63,761 nucleotides of DNA, filler included, from Rhabdomonas costata (GCA_019059605.1; 38 parts of 38 records of this genome joined end to end with filler, not necessarily neighbours in it); one strand, 5' to 3'; positions 24,997-38,656 are shown, numbered from the whole stretch's first letter. Numbers and translations: made by a program. Notes: generated by a model from the letters alone, not told the origin.

Positions 24997-26305
24997 CTGC
25001 AGAGCGAGAACCGTAAAATGAAATAAGTAAATGTGCCAAGGGCGCTTTGTATCCCTCTAAATCCTACGGTTCTCGCTCTGCAGGAGCCGATATAAACAAA
25101 CNNNNNNNNNNNNNNNNNNNNNNNNNNNNNNNNNNNNNNNNNNNNTTAATTAATTAANNNNNNNNNNNNNNNNNNNNNNNNNNNNNNNNNNNNNNNNNNN
25201 NGGTTTTTGTGAAATGTTGCTTCCACTTCTTTGAAGAACCCCGGTGTTCTGCAAAGAAGTGGAAGCAACATTTCACAAATGCCCATCTTCTGCCCGGGTG
25301 CTGAAAAGCCAGCAAAAATTTCTCTGCAATCCGGGGTGAGCTAGGAAACTTAGTGCATCACCACAAAACGCGAGTAAAATAAAAGGTGGGTGGGTGGGGG
25401 AGAAATGCCGTCCACCATGGGGTGCACGATGAGCGGCAGGTGCATCATGTCGGACTCGGGAAGAGTCGGCGGAAGTGTTATCAGCGCGAAGTCCACCTGA
25501 AGTCAAGTCGAAGGTTTTGCGTGCCTCCAGTAAGCAGGCACAAGGGGCGCATGCTTTGTTAAGCTTACTGCGCGCCTGCCTGTGAGAAGTACTTTGGGCT
25601 GCTGCCGCACAGCGTTCAATGCAAGGGAAGCTACACCCGGAAACTCGGAAAATGGTATGTGAGGGCTTTCCATTCGAAGTCTTCCGGCAGGTAATTTTAG
25701 CTCCATAAGTCAAAAAAGTGCGTGTTTGCACGTGTTACTGGCAAGCCCGCCGCGCGGTCCAAGCGGAGGGAGCCCAGGACGTGCTAAGGGGGAGGCTGGC
25801 CAGGGTGAAACGACCGGCGGAAGTGGGTCCCTCTCTGCACAGGCTGTCTGACTTCCGCAGGGGCCGCAAGCACTGTGCACAGCGGAAGCATGATTTAGAT
25901 TAAGAACCTGTGCAATGCAAAGCCCCCTAAAATAGTTTAGTTAATGGGGAAAAAATCGGCTTAAGCTGTTAAACGGCGATACTCGTTTAACAGCGTTGTT
26001 GTTTCCTTTGTTTTCCCTTTTCTGTGAAGTTCTTTTCCGAGCACGAGGGTTGGGTGCTTGTTCCCACAAGATGACGTTATTTTTCCGAAAGGGGGTTAGG
26101 TGTACTGTTCTACGCCCATTTTTTATTTTTAAAAATTTACCGTTTTAACGGTGCTGAAAGTGTTGGACGGTTGACACCCCCCCCCCCGCCGGGAAGTGCG
26201 GAGGGTAGAGTTCTGGCAGGATATCATTTTCGCCTACTTGACATTATCAAGCCGTCCTTCTCGCTGAAGTGAACCGAACTTCTTGCAGCAAGGACGCGGA
26301 CCAAC

Positions 26306-26536
26306 CTGATTTCGGTGCAACTGGCCCATCCCATCGGAGTTGTTTGTGGAGGCAATGCTCAGGTCGTACTGGGGGTAGGCCTGCTCGAAGAACGCCTTCC
26401 ACTTCCACGCGATGCCCACCCCCGCCAGCTCCGAGCCCGCGCCACGAAGCACCACAGCAGGGGAAGCCGCGGTGCAGAACAGCAGAACGAACCCGAGCGG
26501 CAGACGCAAGGCAAAAGAAAAGCCTCGCGTCATCAT
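26306..26536 (-). CDS. First exon of a signal-peptide protein with a PstS-like (periplasmic binding protein type 2) domain
   Basis: Signal peptide followed by VLRGAGSELAG..IAWKWKAFFEQAYPQYDLSIASTNNSDGMGQL, resembling the PstS N-terminus (L.GAGS......W...Y........S.GS..G..Q). CAG|GTTGGT donor. Confidence 0.55.
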
Positions 26537-27570
26537 CGCGTCTCGAATGCCTCTGGAAATCTCACAGAGGTCGTGAAGGCAAAGGTGCACAGAAACCGAA
26601 AGCAAACAAACAAACAAACTCGAATCAATCAGCGTTTCTCGATCGGGGTCAAAACGACCGAGCGCTAGAACCAGAACACAACTGAGTGGGGGGCGCTGAG
26701 GAAAGACAGCACAGTTCAATAGCATAAGGCATAAGGCAAGGCGAACGTAATACCGTAGAAGTAAATTTCAGGAACACGTCGCNNNNNNNNNNNNNNNNNN
26801 NNNNNNNNNNNNNNNNNNNNNNNNNNTTAATTAATTAANNNNNNNNNNNNNNNNNNNNNNNNNNNNNNNNNNNNNNNNNNNNTGTGGGTGGGGGCATGTG
26901 TGCAGTTTTGGACAGGGAGGATGGGGGACCTACAATTAATACGAGTTCCTGTTTTTGACCCGCGGCAGGTAGTTGCGGATCTCTGTGCGCGTGACCAATA
27001 CTAGGGGCATTCACTGCAGGCGGGGTTTTTCTTGTGGTCTTGCCCTATAAAAGATTTATGTTCGTCCCTCGTGACTTGTCCTTGCTGGCAAAGGATCTTC
27101 TTGCGGAAATAGGAAGGCGCTTCCATGACGTGAGAGACAGAGAGGGTATGTGCTTCTGTTTTGGAAGAGGATTGTGGTGAACTGTTATATAATAATTGGG
27201 ACGGAATAGGAGCTGCTCTCGTAAACGAAAACCCGAACAGAAATTTCTCCGGTGGTGACTATATTCGATGACTCGAACTTGGGCTCGAAGATTTGCGCTC
27301 GTACAGGTAGTTCTCTCGTTCAGGAGAAACGCAAGGTGCCTTCAACTCAAACCATGTGACAGAGGAAAGCAGGTATCTCGTATCTCGTGGGTAACACCCC
27401 GTTTTGGCTTTCAAGGCTAGTTGCTTCTTTTCTTTTCCGCAGGGTCATTTTCGCCATCAGCCATCGTTACCCCCCACGCACCCGCTTGCTCTTCTGCCTT
27501 CTTCACGAAGAGAGGTGGGGCTTGTTCCTAACCGAGAGGGGGATCGGGCGTCTTTTGGAACGGTAGAGAG

Positions 27571-27705
27571 ATGTCATCTCAGGAATTAAAGCGGCCGCAG
27601 GCGGAGAAGCCGTACAACCCGCCCAGCTTTCCGCCTGAGGAGCTGCCGCCGGACTGGCTGGCAATGCTGTCGCTTGTGCTGGCCATAGTGGGACTGATGA
27701 TCCGG
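27571..27705 (+). CDS. WDR83OS: Asterix / PAT complex subunit (UPF0139), first exon
   Basis: MSSQELKRPQAEKPYNPPSFPPEELPPDWLAMLSLVLAIVGLMIR matches the Asterix pattern R.P....Y.P......PDY...L......G.M.(K/R). GT donor at 27706. Confidence 0.85.
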
Positions 27706-28980
27706 GTACCTTTAGGCACTTACACCCAGAGTTGTGTGTCGGCTAATTTGACCTGAAGACATAACCCCTGTATCCCCACTATTATGCGGGACGCACTCCC
27801 CCCGCCTGATTCCTTTGCACAATTTGGTCAAACCCCAGCTATCGCCGGGACCACCGGGATTTCGTGAACATTTCAGGTTCCGGGATGAAGGAGAAGAAAT
27901 AGGCCTGCCGGATGCAACAATACGCTACAGAGAAAAGTTAGGATTGAGAGCAAACAATTTTTGGTGGCACCAAGGGCCAAATACGGACTGTATGAATAGT
28001 TTGAATGGTCGAAAAAAAAACTCATGGCTAAAAAGCGAGAAAGGTAAATTGGGTTTGTCTGTCTTGAAGTTCCACCCTGGTAAACTACTTCGGTTGGAAG
28101 CCTTGAGAAGCCATGATTTGGACTATTCCTGCGTTGAGAAAACATGTCCATAGCGATCTTACCAACCCGCACCCGCATCTTCATCTGTCTTGCATGCTGA
28201 AGTTTGCTTGTGACGTTAAGCTCTTTGGTATGGTATAGAAAACGGTTCTACGGGTAGCTTTTTTGAGCGAATTTGAGGACTGGTAGTTTTTGGTTTACCA
28301 TTAACTGTTGAGCGTGTTAGATAACCGAGTTATCTCTTCCCAGCTTTGCTTCTTTCTGCTCGCTTGGAAGCTCTTTGCTTATTTTGATTTTCATGCGGGC
28401 TTTACAACGTCCAACGGGATCCCCCCCCTGAAAACTGAAGATAACCGCACGCCCAAAAAAAANNNNNNNNNNNNNNNNNNNNNNNNNNNNNNNNNNNNNN
28501 NNNNNNTTAATTAATTAANNNNNNNNNNNNNNNNNNNNNNNNNNNNNNNNNNNNNNNNNNNNGTGGTGGGTGTGTTTGGGGTTGTGTTTTTGGGTTACTT
28601 CTGAAAGACGATGGCGGTGACTATCGTCTTCTTGACTCAGTATTGGCGAGGTCCTTTGCCGTGCTATTTTATCGGATATTGTGCGATATTGAGCCTATTT
28701 ACATCTGAGAAAGGATTGCATCCCCCCATTCAGCTTTCCTGGGTGCATCTTCATGCTTAGATGTGGCACCATATCGTGGTGTCGTGGTTCCGCAGCTGCG
28801 TTTTGCCTGTCTTTCGGCGCTTAAAGTACTTCACTCGCTTTTTTCACGTCTTGAAGGGAGCTTCTTTCAGCACCCTGTTCGAATCTTGTGTCGGTCTCCA
28901 AACCTCACCAATCAATTTTTGTCAATTATGTGTGATGTGGTGTGAAACTAAACATGTGCTCCCAACCGTTTTCATTGCAG

Positions 28981-29968
28981 CTTCCATGAAGAGCTGATCG
29001 ACACTCTGCACCGGGCCTATGAAAACGATCATCGCGTAGACGACTGCATTCTGGAGATCAACGGGCTCAAGTTCGCGTACGACCGCTCTTTCCAGGCTCG
29101 TTCTCTCTGCATTTCCCCTCATTCATTCTCTTCCCTCCCTTTCCCTCCTCTCCCCTCCCCGGAAAAAAAACCGGGTCTGTTGAGGAGGTCCAACTAATTT
29201 CTTGTATTTATCTTTCTTCGTGCAGGACTGTGTGCGGGGCATTGTCTGGGGAACGCTGGTATACATCGATGACAAGACGACCCCGAAGGAGTACCGAGAA
29301 CAACTGACTTCCCTTCTCTCCAAGGCGCTTCCTCGTCCCCCTTCCCCGTTCTTGGTTTTTCCCCTTTTTTGCCCCTTGACCATTTGCCCCTTTCCCCGTG
29401 GCTCCTGCACTCGTAGGGAGTGTAGAGGTTGTTTAGTGGTGTTTTCTTGATTTTCGGACAAGCCAGATTTGCTGGGCACCTCCATGCGATGACAGAGATT
29501 CCTGTTCTGTTTCATGAACCGAATTTTTCCTCCGGCTTTGTTTTTGGAGAGTTTTGGGTGGGTGGGTAGGCTCATCGGGGGGGGATCGACCACTGGGCAA
29601 TGCAGCCATGACGTCTCAACAGCATAAATGACAGCTCTAGAGGTGCTGCGCACTGAGCTCATGGCTCGGGGAGTATATGGCTCTATATGGCGCGCCACTC
29701 AGTCAACCACATCAGGCCTCGCGCTCTCTTCCATTCTGTAGCGAGGTGCGAGCTGCTTTGGAATGTTTTCGTTGCCCCCAGAAGAGCTGCCCTATCACTC
29801 TCCCATCTCAGTTCTCGGTGGGCTGACTTTCTGTCTCTCTGTCTCTCTGTATTTCTCTCTCTCTCTCTCTCTCAGAAGTGGGCCCCTGTGGTGCAGCGCT
29901 TCCTCACCTCTCCAGCCACACAGAAGGTGGCTCTGACCGTGCTGCAGGAGGTCACTGCCGAAAGAAAG
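28981..29968 (+). CDS. EIF2B5: Translation initiation factor eIF2B epsilon, C-terminal W2/catalytic domain fragment. Exons 28981-29095, 29226-29324, 29876-29968
   Basis: FHEELIDTLHRAYENDHRVDDCILEINGLKFAYDRSFQ|DCVRG...LLSK|KWAPVVQRF matches the eIF2B-epsilon LEIN.LK.AY and KWAPV motifs. The first two donors are GC. Confidence 0.88.
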
Positions 29969-30421
29969 GTCTGTCTTGGTGCAAGCATGTTACCCTGGAC
30001 CATTTATGTCATTTGGAACAAGTACGTTCGAAATAAGTGAGATTGACGCTGCCTTTTTCTTTTGCAGAAGTAAAGGACCTTGCCCTGAGTCGGGAAGTGG
30101 GTCAGCGTGAATCAGCGTGAACCCAACCCACNNNNNNNNNNNNNNNNNNNNNNNNNNNNNNNNNNNNNNNNNNNNTTAATTAATTAANNNNNNNNNNNNN
30201 NNNNNNNNNNNNNNNNNNNNNNNNNNNNNNNGTGTGTGTGTGAGGGCAGTTCCCAATGGGAGGCGGGGTCTGGGGTCTGTGAGTGCAGAGCAGAGATAGC
30301 CCAGTTTTTGCTGCTCGACCCTTTGCCCATTAAAGTTCGAGTCCTAGCAGAGAGAATCCGCGATAAAGGGGAGGAGGCACTTACGGAAAGGGGGGATGGG
30401 TGTCCGGGTTGAGGAGCGAAG

Positions 30422-31547
30422 TTAAGTGGGAGTAAGTCTCCCTTTCTCTTCGTCCACTTTCGCGGACACTACTTCCCGCTGTACAGGGGCAGGTGCCGCA
30501 ACAGCACAGTGGAGAAGACTTGCCACAAAACGAACACGATGAAACCTCTTCACGACTACATGGTAGACTGCAAAACCATCCAAGGGCCACCAGGTTTTCT
30601 GCAAAGTGCTGGGGCCCCACGTTGGAAATGCAGGTGGTCCAATGCATTCGTATTCCCCCCGCCCTTCAAAACAAAAAAGAGTTCGCGCCCGAACAGCCCT
30701 CACACACCCGCATTGGTGTTCAAAAGTCTGCCCTGAAGAATGGGGAGAATGTATGGCGCAAAGGCCTGCGCCAGGAAGTCCGGCTCTTCCGCCGAGGTGA
30801 TGGAGGGCCACTCCCGACATGTGTGCAAGAACTCCATCAGCGCCCTTTGGAGTTCGCAACCAATCCTTCCTCCAACCCCGCCCCCAGCCTTCCTCCTTTA
30901 TTTCCTGCTGGGGTTCGAAAGCATTGTCGCGGCACACTTGCTTCCACAGGGGCATAAATTAGTCCAAAAGTTCAGGGTGCACAAGGAAAAACGTGCTCTG
31001 TGGGATTTTCACACGTCCTTGGCAAGCATCCCAGACGTGACCTGGGGCTCGAGTCCCATGCCGTGCCCATGTGCTGTGCAAAGGAGACTGCTTCAGTGGC
31101 TGCGTGCACCCCCCCTCTCTCACACACAGACAACCAAAGTCAGTTTCCTCACCCAGCCAAACACTCGAGCATACAGGAAGGTCCACCGGTTGATCGCCGG
31201 CATGTCGGCGATGGCTTGGCGGCAGCCTTGGACCATTTCCAGCGCAGAGGACTTCTCTATCCCACCCCAACGCAAAGCATTGACCGGTCACAACCAAAAG
31301 GGACACTTCTCAGATGTCTTACTGGTAAAAACGTCAGAGCTGGCTTGGGAGGCAGCGTGCCATTTTCAAGGACGACGCAGCGTACTCCAAATTGTGGTGA
31401 TAGTGCGATGAAAAGATCCCCGAATGGTGAACCCCGCCCACATACTTCCCGCTTCCTCCATAAACATCTCCGCCCGTGGCGGGATGAGTTTCTGGGGAAG
31501 AGCCTTGAGAAATTCCTGCACAAGCTTCCCCACGGCGACCGCGTCAG
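30422..31547 (-). CDS. RhoGAP-domain protein, 3' part. Exons 31446-31547, 31175-31256, 30708-30844, 30422-30567
   Basis: DAVAVGKLVQEFLKALPQKLIP, IADMPAINRWTFLALMEFL and FLAQAFAPYIL follow RhoGAP motif order. Three GT-AG introns with consistent phases; TAA stop. Confidence 0.8.
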
Positions 31548-34500
31548 CTGCGGCAAAGCGAAGAACATGTGCGGGGGGGGGGCGCTCACACCAAAGAAAC
31601 ACGAAACCGAATTTCTTTTTGCTGCCAAGTCATTTTCTGTTCACAATGCCGGCTAGCAGCTCATTTGCAAAACAGAAGCGGGAGATTCAGTGACGAAAAG
31701 AACGGAAGGAGAATGGGAGGAGACATTAGATGTGACGTTTTCATAAATTGTGAAAAGGATTAAAGACGACATTTGTGCACTCGTCCGTGCAGGGAGGGCG
31801 TGACAAACCCACNNNNNNNNNNNNNNNNNNNNNNNNNNNNNNNNNNNNNNNNNNNNTTAATTAATTAANNNNNNNNNNNNNNNNNNNNNNNNNNNNNNNN
31901 NNNNNNNNNNNNACACTCCAGAAGCCCGCTTTTTTAGTCCAATCGTTTGGTCAGACGGTCTTTTCACACTGAACAACATATCTGTGAGAGTTCGAATGGT
32001 TGGGTGCAATGTACTGTGTTCTCGTGTGGATGAGCTGCTGTGGTGCAGGGGTACCGAGCGGTTGGACGGCGGAGGATGACGCGGGTGGGGTGGGGGGCAT
32101 CCGCGCCAGAACGTGGGAAGGCAGTTGCTCTGCATGGCGGGGATCCATTCCAGAAACTTCGGCTTTGCAGTCATTGAAAAAGGGGGAGCAGGTCGGGAGC
32201 TTCTTTGCCAGGGCCGCGGGCCATGCACTAACTCCATTGCAGAGCATGTGCACGCCAAAGGCACACCATATGCCGCGCTCTTTTTCTTCGGAGCATTGGC
32301 ACTGCGAGGGGAGCAGGCCGAGCCCCCAAGCCCACCGCTGGCGTGGCTCCCCGAGGCGCCATACCGAGCGGGGGAGGAACATTGAGACAACCCTCCTGCC
32401 AACGGAGAGAACTGCGGCGACAGCGGAGTTGGTAAGGTCCACTGGGGAGACCCCTGTGGGCTACAGCACTGCTGAGAGTATGGGGTTTGTGGGGCACAGG
32501 TGCGCTCCATTGAGGTGCCCTACCCCTTGCAGGAGCGGCAATGGATGGCCAGGGGCTTAGGCCGAATTAGATGTCATAGGGTGACACCGAAAAGCACATT
32601 TAAGCGTTTAAAATCTCGCCTTCGAAAAAAAACAAAGAAAAACCTGACCGTTGTTGTGATACGAAAAACCCGGTAAACTCCTTCCGGCAAAATGATGTGT
32701 CGGACGAGGAACCACTCTCCAAAAGTACGTTAGAGCCGTGACAGAAGAACCAGAAAGAATGAACATGACCCGCGTGCCGTAAATCAGCAGGCGCCGTTAA
32801 GGGTGCATCGCGGTGGGTGTTGCCATAGCTGTGGACAAACAATGTGTCATGCTCAGGGGTCCCGTTCTTCTCGGCAACCCATCGACAGACCACAGTCCAC
32901 CGAATAAGAACCAGGGAAGCGGGATAGCCCCAAGAATGCCACGAACATCAGCATCCCGAAACCGATTCTTTTTCCACCCAACTCTCGCATCGTTGCATAG
33001 GCGAGTGAGACGCACAACACCAAATTCCAGACTCGACACTCCAGCACATCATCGAGGCCGGTTTCAGGCAAGTGCAACCGAAACAGAAAAAGAAACGGCA
33101 CGAAGGGTCCGACGATCGCCATTGCGAACGTAAAAAAAAAGCACCTGATTCTATAAATGGAAAAGAAATTCAATGAACGCAAAAGAAGATAGGTATACTC
33201 ACACTTAAATATATAGATACAAACTCGAGGTAATCCGGGTACATAGGTTTCCCTATTCACTCTCAAACGCGGGATACGCCCGGGAATGGAAGGATAGGAA
33301 AAGCAGCGGTTGAGGACACCCTTAGGGATCTGGAAGTCCACTTGAGACAGAGTCTTACAGTCCGACAATGATGTCCTTCAGCACAACTGCAGAGAGACGC
33401 ACAGAGGAATAGCCATTAAAAAAAACAGAAACCCCCACCCCCACCCATTTCTCAGCATCAGTATCCACAATAGAAACCACCAAACCNNNNNNNNNNNNNN
33501 NNNNNNNNNNNNNNNNNNNNNNNNNNNNNNTTAATTAATTAANNNNNNNNNNNNNNNNNNNNNNNNNNNNNNNNNNNNNNNNNNNNGGGTGTTGGTGGAG
33601 TGAGTGGGCATTTATACCGCAGGTGCAGTGATGTCTTGACATCTTAGCACCTGCGGTATAAATGCCCACTCACTCCATCAACATCATCACTCTACATTCA
33701 CTACATCATCAGTACTTAGCACGCAGTCACGAAGAATAGTGGCGCATGCGGAGTAGTTACGTTAGGATCACACGTAGCTTAGCGAAGTGGGAGTAAAAAT
33801 GAAAGCTTAAAGTCACTTTATTGATAGAGTTTTCGGTCTCACTTCATCACCATTTACACAATACGTCCCGAACGCATGTTCTGAAATGTGCATGCCGTAG
33901 TAGTAGAGTGAGTCACTCGGCTGAACATCAGCGTAGTGAATGAGTATGATAGAAGGTGCGTGGAGTCACTTGCCTCTCATGTTGGCATCATCATCACTCT
34001 CATTATCACTCCAACTCAACTTCGATATTGCGGTTGATGTTCAACTGGTGTCTCTCATCTCAGCAATCAGTATGGTTTCATGGTTGTGTAGATGCGTCCA
34101 TCTCACCACTCGCTCCATCCTCACGTACCATTCCAACATCATAGTGTGAGTAGTGGAAGGTGTGTGGGAGGGTGATGGGTGTGGCATCCATTTTCTCCGC
34201 GTCACCCCCTGTAGCCACTGTGTCACTAGGCATCCATCTCTTGGCTCTATGCCCTCACGTTAATTTTAAGGCTGTAGTTGTCATCGTCTGTGTGTAGGGA
34301 TTGGCGCTCTCCACTTCGGAGTCTTGCCACATGATATGGTTGGTACCATGTGAACAGCGCCAACATCCAACGTTGAGTGTGAGTGTTCGTGTCATGGTGG
34401 GTGATTCAACACAAATCCATCGCAGGGTGTGTCGACAGGTTTCACCTGACCTGAAAATATACCATCAACCGTACGGTGGTTCGAGAAGTAGGAGTGAGTG

Positions 34501-35479
34501 AAGGCATTGCACCGTCACCGTTACCCTGCTGGATCAACTCCATAAGTTGGAGGTTGGGACTCACCCTAAAGTTATGGTAGGGTACAGAGCCGATGCCCGA
34601 TGCTCTGCCCACTCACGATATGGGTTGTTGCGTCATAACTCATCCTCCGTGCGTGGTTTGGATAACGTTACGGTGGGTGTGGTTACGACTCCATCCCACG
34701 ACTACCGGTGGTTCCGATAGTCAGCCAGTAGCGGTGTTCTACACGCAAGAGTGGTAATTGTGGATTTACCCACTAGAGTTACCCTACGTTATGGACCAGC
34801 AATACCAAACTGTGCGGATATGACAGCAGGGCCCTCCGAGGGTTACGTCATAGCAAACCCCACGTATCCATGGTCTTCTTCTGTTCTTATGCTTGATTGA
34901 CGTTGCATCACCGGTCACCGTATGACCTTAGCTCGCCAGGTGCTGGTGAACTCGTCCGTGTGTTCCAGTATTGCCAGACGTACCTGAGCTCGTTTGGACT
35001 ACTTCCTGCTCAAGACAGCTCTCAACGGATTCTCCTGACGTATGAACTAGAGAGCGGCTTCTGAATGGTACACACCTGTTGTGGATGAATGAAGGCCAAC
35101 AAAATGGAGACAGTTAAGCAGCACCTGAGGAGCTAAGGTCATACGGTGACCGGTGATGCAACGTCAANNNNNNNNNNNNNNNNNNNNNNNNNNNNNNNNN
35201 NNNNNNNNNNNTTAATTAATTAANNNNNNNNNNNNNNNNNNNNNNNNNNNNNNNNNNNNNNNNNNNNTTCAAAGGCGAACGAGGTGAAAGTGCAGTTGCC
35301 AAGGAGCCTTGCAAAGGCCCCATGTTAATAGGAGAGAGACAGACCTTTCTCATTCATCATCTTAAGGCTCGCGAGTGCTGAGACTCAGGCAAATTATGTC
35401 CCCAACCAGGCACCATGTTCCACAGGGGGTGGGGCCAGAGTTGCCTTCAGCTTAACACGTAATCGACACCAGCGTATTA

Positions 35480-35553
35480 GAACTTGACATGGATTCGAGC
35501 CGACGTCGGTGCCTGACAGTATCCGTACAGTGTTTACCCTTCACACCCAGCTC
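35480..35553 (-). pseudogene. tRNA-like decayed element (74 nt)
   Basis: Imperfect acceptor stem GAGCTGG/CAAGTTC, D-stem GTGT/ACAC and B-box-like GGCTCGAATCC. The anticodon arm is broken. Confidence 0.3.
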
Positions 35554-36948
35554 AGTGTGCGTATCGTTTTTGTTTGCATGCAGCATGCCTGGATGAATAG
35601 ATGCGGATTGGTGTATTGACGTGTGGAAATCCGCACAGGCTTCCCCGACTCACTTGGAAGCATTATGAGTCGTGGAAGCCTGTGCTCGGGCTGAATGCCA
35701 GTGAGTGCGTGTTTTAGGTTCTTCCTGTTTCGGTTTCCCGGCCCCAAAACGCACGTCGCTACTGTCTTCGCCCTGCCTTACACTTATTTTTACCTGAAGC
35801 GGCTGCATGTGTATTAAAGTTCATCGCATTTATCTCTCAGACTCCAGCATGGCGAACCTGGAGTCTTCTTCTTTTTGCAACCTCTCTTCACGCAAAGGCA
35901 CACGTGCTGATTCTGCAGGAACCAAATATACCCGTCTACACCCAAGGCGCAAGGCGGAGTGCTGAACTCGCAGCTCTTACTGACAAAAGCGAACCGGAAT
36001 TACATAGAACTGAAGTCAATTTTCGTTTGTGACCACGATCCCTATTATGTTTCCACATATTAAAGTTGGCAAACTGACTGCTGTTCCTCTTATGATTCCA
36101 ACCAGCAACTGCGCTCACACGTGTTTTCGACTTGTTCATTTGGTTACAACGAATCACTACCGGAAATTATTCAAATGATACATCCAAAAAATGAGCTACT
36201 ATTGTACTGCCACCAATTGCTATCAGACTCAGCACAACCTGGTATCCAACCACTATCACAGTTTTAAAAAACCCGCTGCCGATTGCAGAGTCTCTCACAC
36301 CTGTTCACAAAGTCTAGCTGGACAGCCGCATTAACCCCTCTTGAAGGAGAACACATAATTCATAAATCTCATAAACACGACGCACTACATTCGTTATATT
36401 CTGAAGATTAATCACAACATTGGATGGAACTGGATATAGGTAGTCAGATGGTGCGTCATTTCAGCGGAACATCCACATCAGGCTCCGTGGATGACGCATT
36501 TGCTTCACCTTCTGCAAATGTCTAAACGTTTAAAACAACTCTTCCCTTGCCACAGGTAATTGATCAACATCTAAATAAGGAGCCGCCGGCAACCTCACCA
36601 CATCATCCTTCGATGCATTGTTGTTTCCGACATCTAATAAACCTGAATGCCTCAAAATGTTACAACGTAGATGATGGGTTGCCTCGTGATATCCATGAAC
36701 GTCTACGGCACACACCGGACCCATTGTCCGGCCTTGGTAGTTGCCAAAGAAGTGATGATGCTTTCCCTTCATTTTCAAAGTCATATGCCATTATTTTAAT
36801 GGATATCCACTCATAGGCATTTTCGCATGGGCAAAACCTTAGCAACCANNNNNNNNNNNNNNNNNNNNNNNNNNNNNNNNNNNNNNNNNNNNTTAATTAA
36901 TTAANNNNNNNNNNNNNNNNNNNNNNNNNNNNNNNNNNNNNNNNNNNN

Positions 36949-37299
<351 letters not shown>

Positions 37300-38656
37300 T
37301 CAAAAAAAGAGCTGAGAAACAAGAGAAGTGTCAACTCTTCCAGCAAAAAACCACACCCTGTACAAGAGAAACGAACACAAAAAGTGAAAAGTTGACAGTC
37401 ATTTATAACAAGACCTAAACTGCGTGAGTGTGCAGTCGAATTCTGCCAACAAGGTAGGGTTAAAGTACAACACCCACGGAACAGCGGCATAAAAAACAGT
37501 GGGCGTGGGATAGGGTTCGTTCGTTCGTCCAGCGAGTCTAAAAATTAAAAAACCGATCCCATCGTCGTCAAGATGGAGGCGGGGCCTCACCTCACTGAGG
37601 GGGTGGATGGGGTTGAGGACACCCAACCCCCGAAGCAAGTGCGGTTCAACCGCCCAGGCCTAAAAGTGGAGCCGGGAGAAGGCTGGAGTACAGTTCTTTT
37701 CTCGTATCGCTGTTCTGGGGTTTCTTCCGTGTGTGCCTCCCTAGACTCTTCAGCCGGCCTCTTGAACCTCACCCATCATAGCTCGAGTTCTGAAGTCAAT
37801 GATATGTCCATAGTCCGGTCCGGTCCCGAGTGACCATGGGTGACCACCCAGCGAATACGGCGAGGTTTTGGGCCGAAGTAAGTGGTCGGTTTTGTCCGTT
37901 TCCCTCCCTCCCTCGAACACCCATCCTGCGTTGGCACACGCACAACTCACACCTGTGCACCACTGGGGCGGCCACGAGCCCACCACACCTCAACCCAGGG
38001 CATTGCTGGGAGGACAGCTGGCAGAGGCAACTCACCCAAACATGCAAAAACGGGGACGACGACGGCTGAAACTTGCGCTCCTGGTGCGAAAAATGGGACG
38101 GTGCTCAGGTACACTCTGGCGATCAGTGGGTATTGTTTTCGAGCGAAAAAATTATCAAACAGGTTAGTATCAGAAGAAAAGCGAAGAATGCTGCGCCTTC
38201 TTTCTCCAACACTTCCCCCGTGCATATGTCTTTATTCTTGTTCTTCCTGTTTTCTTCTTTCTTCTCAACAGCAACCATGAAGCTCGACCCAGAAAGCGAC
38301 GTATGAATTTATTTCCTACATACAAAACTTGGGAATCTGAAGTTAGCGCCAGTTTCTTGCTGCTTTTCCCTGCCCTTTCAGCCCTCATTAGAATTTGCTG
38401 TGGTTCACCTCACCTCCCTCCCACCCAACCGGCCATTTTTTGTCTCATCTCCCGTCAACGGCTCGCGCCTTCGCGGTGGGCTGCTCAAGGTCAGTCATTT
38501 TTGACGGGAGATGAGACAAAAAATGGCCNNNNNNNNNNNNNNNNNNNNNNNNNNNNNNNNNNNNNNNNNNNNTTAATTAATTAANNNNNNNNNNNNNNNN
38601 NNNNNNNNNNNNNNNNNNNNNNNNNNNNGTGTTGTGGGCAGAGAGGGACGGCCCAC

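Noticed and set aside
24982-25095. Inverted repeat at the end of the ankyrin contig
   Set aside because: It copies an intron/exon junction in reverse right at the contig end, so it is best explained as an amplification chimera.
25208-25277. Long hairpin resembling a terminator or miRNA precursor
   Set aside because: It sits at the contig start next to a primer remnant and cannot be distinguished from a foldback artefact.
30740-31656. Long plus-strand ORFs (223 and 218 aa); likewise 41521-41949 and 59824-60348
   Set aside because: These are antisense shadows of real minus-strand genes in GC-rich sequence.
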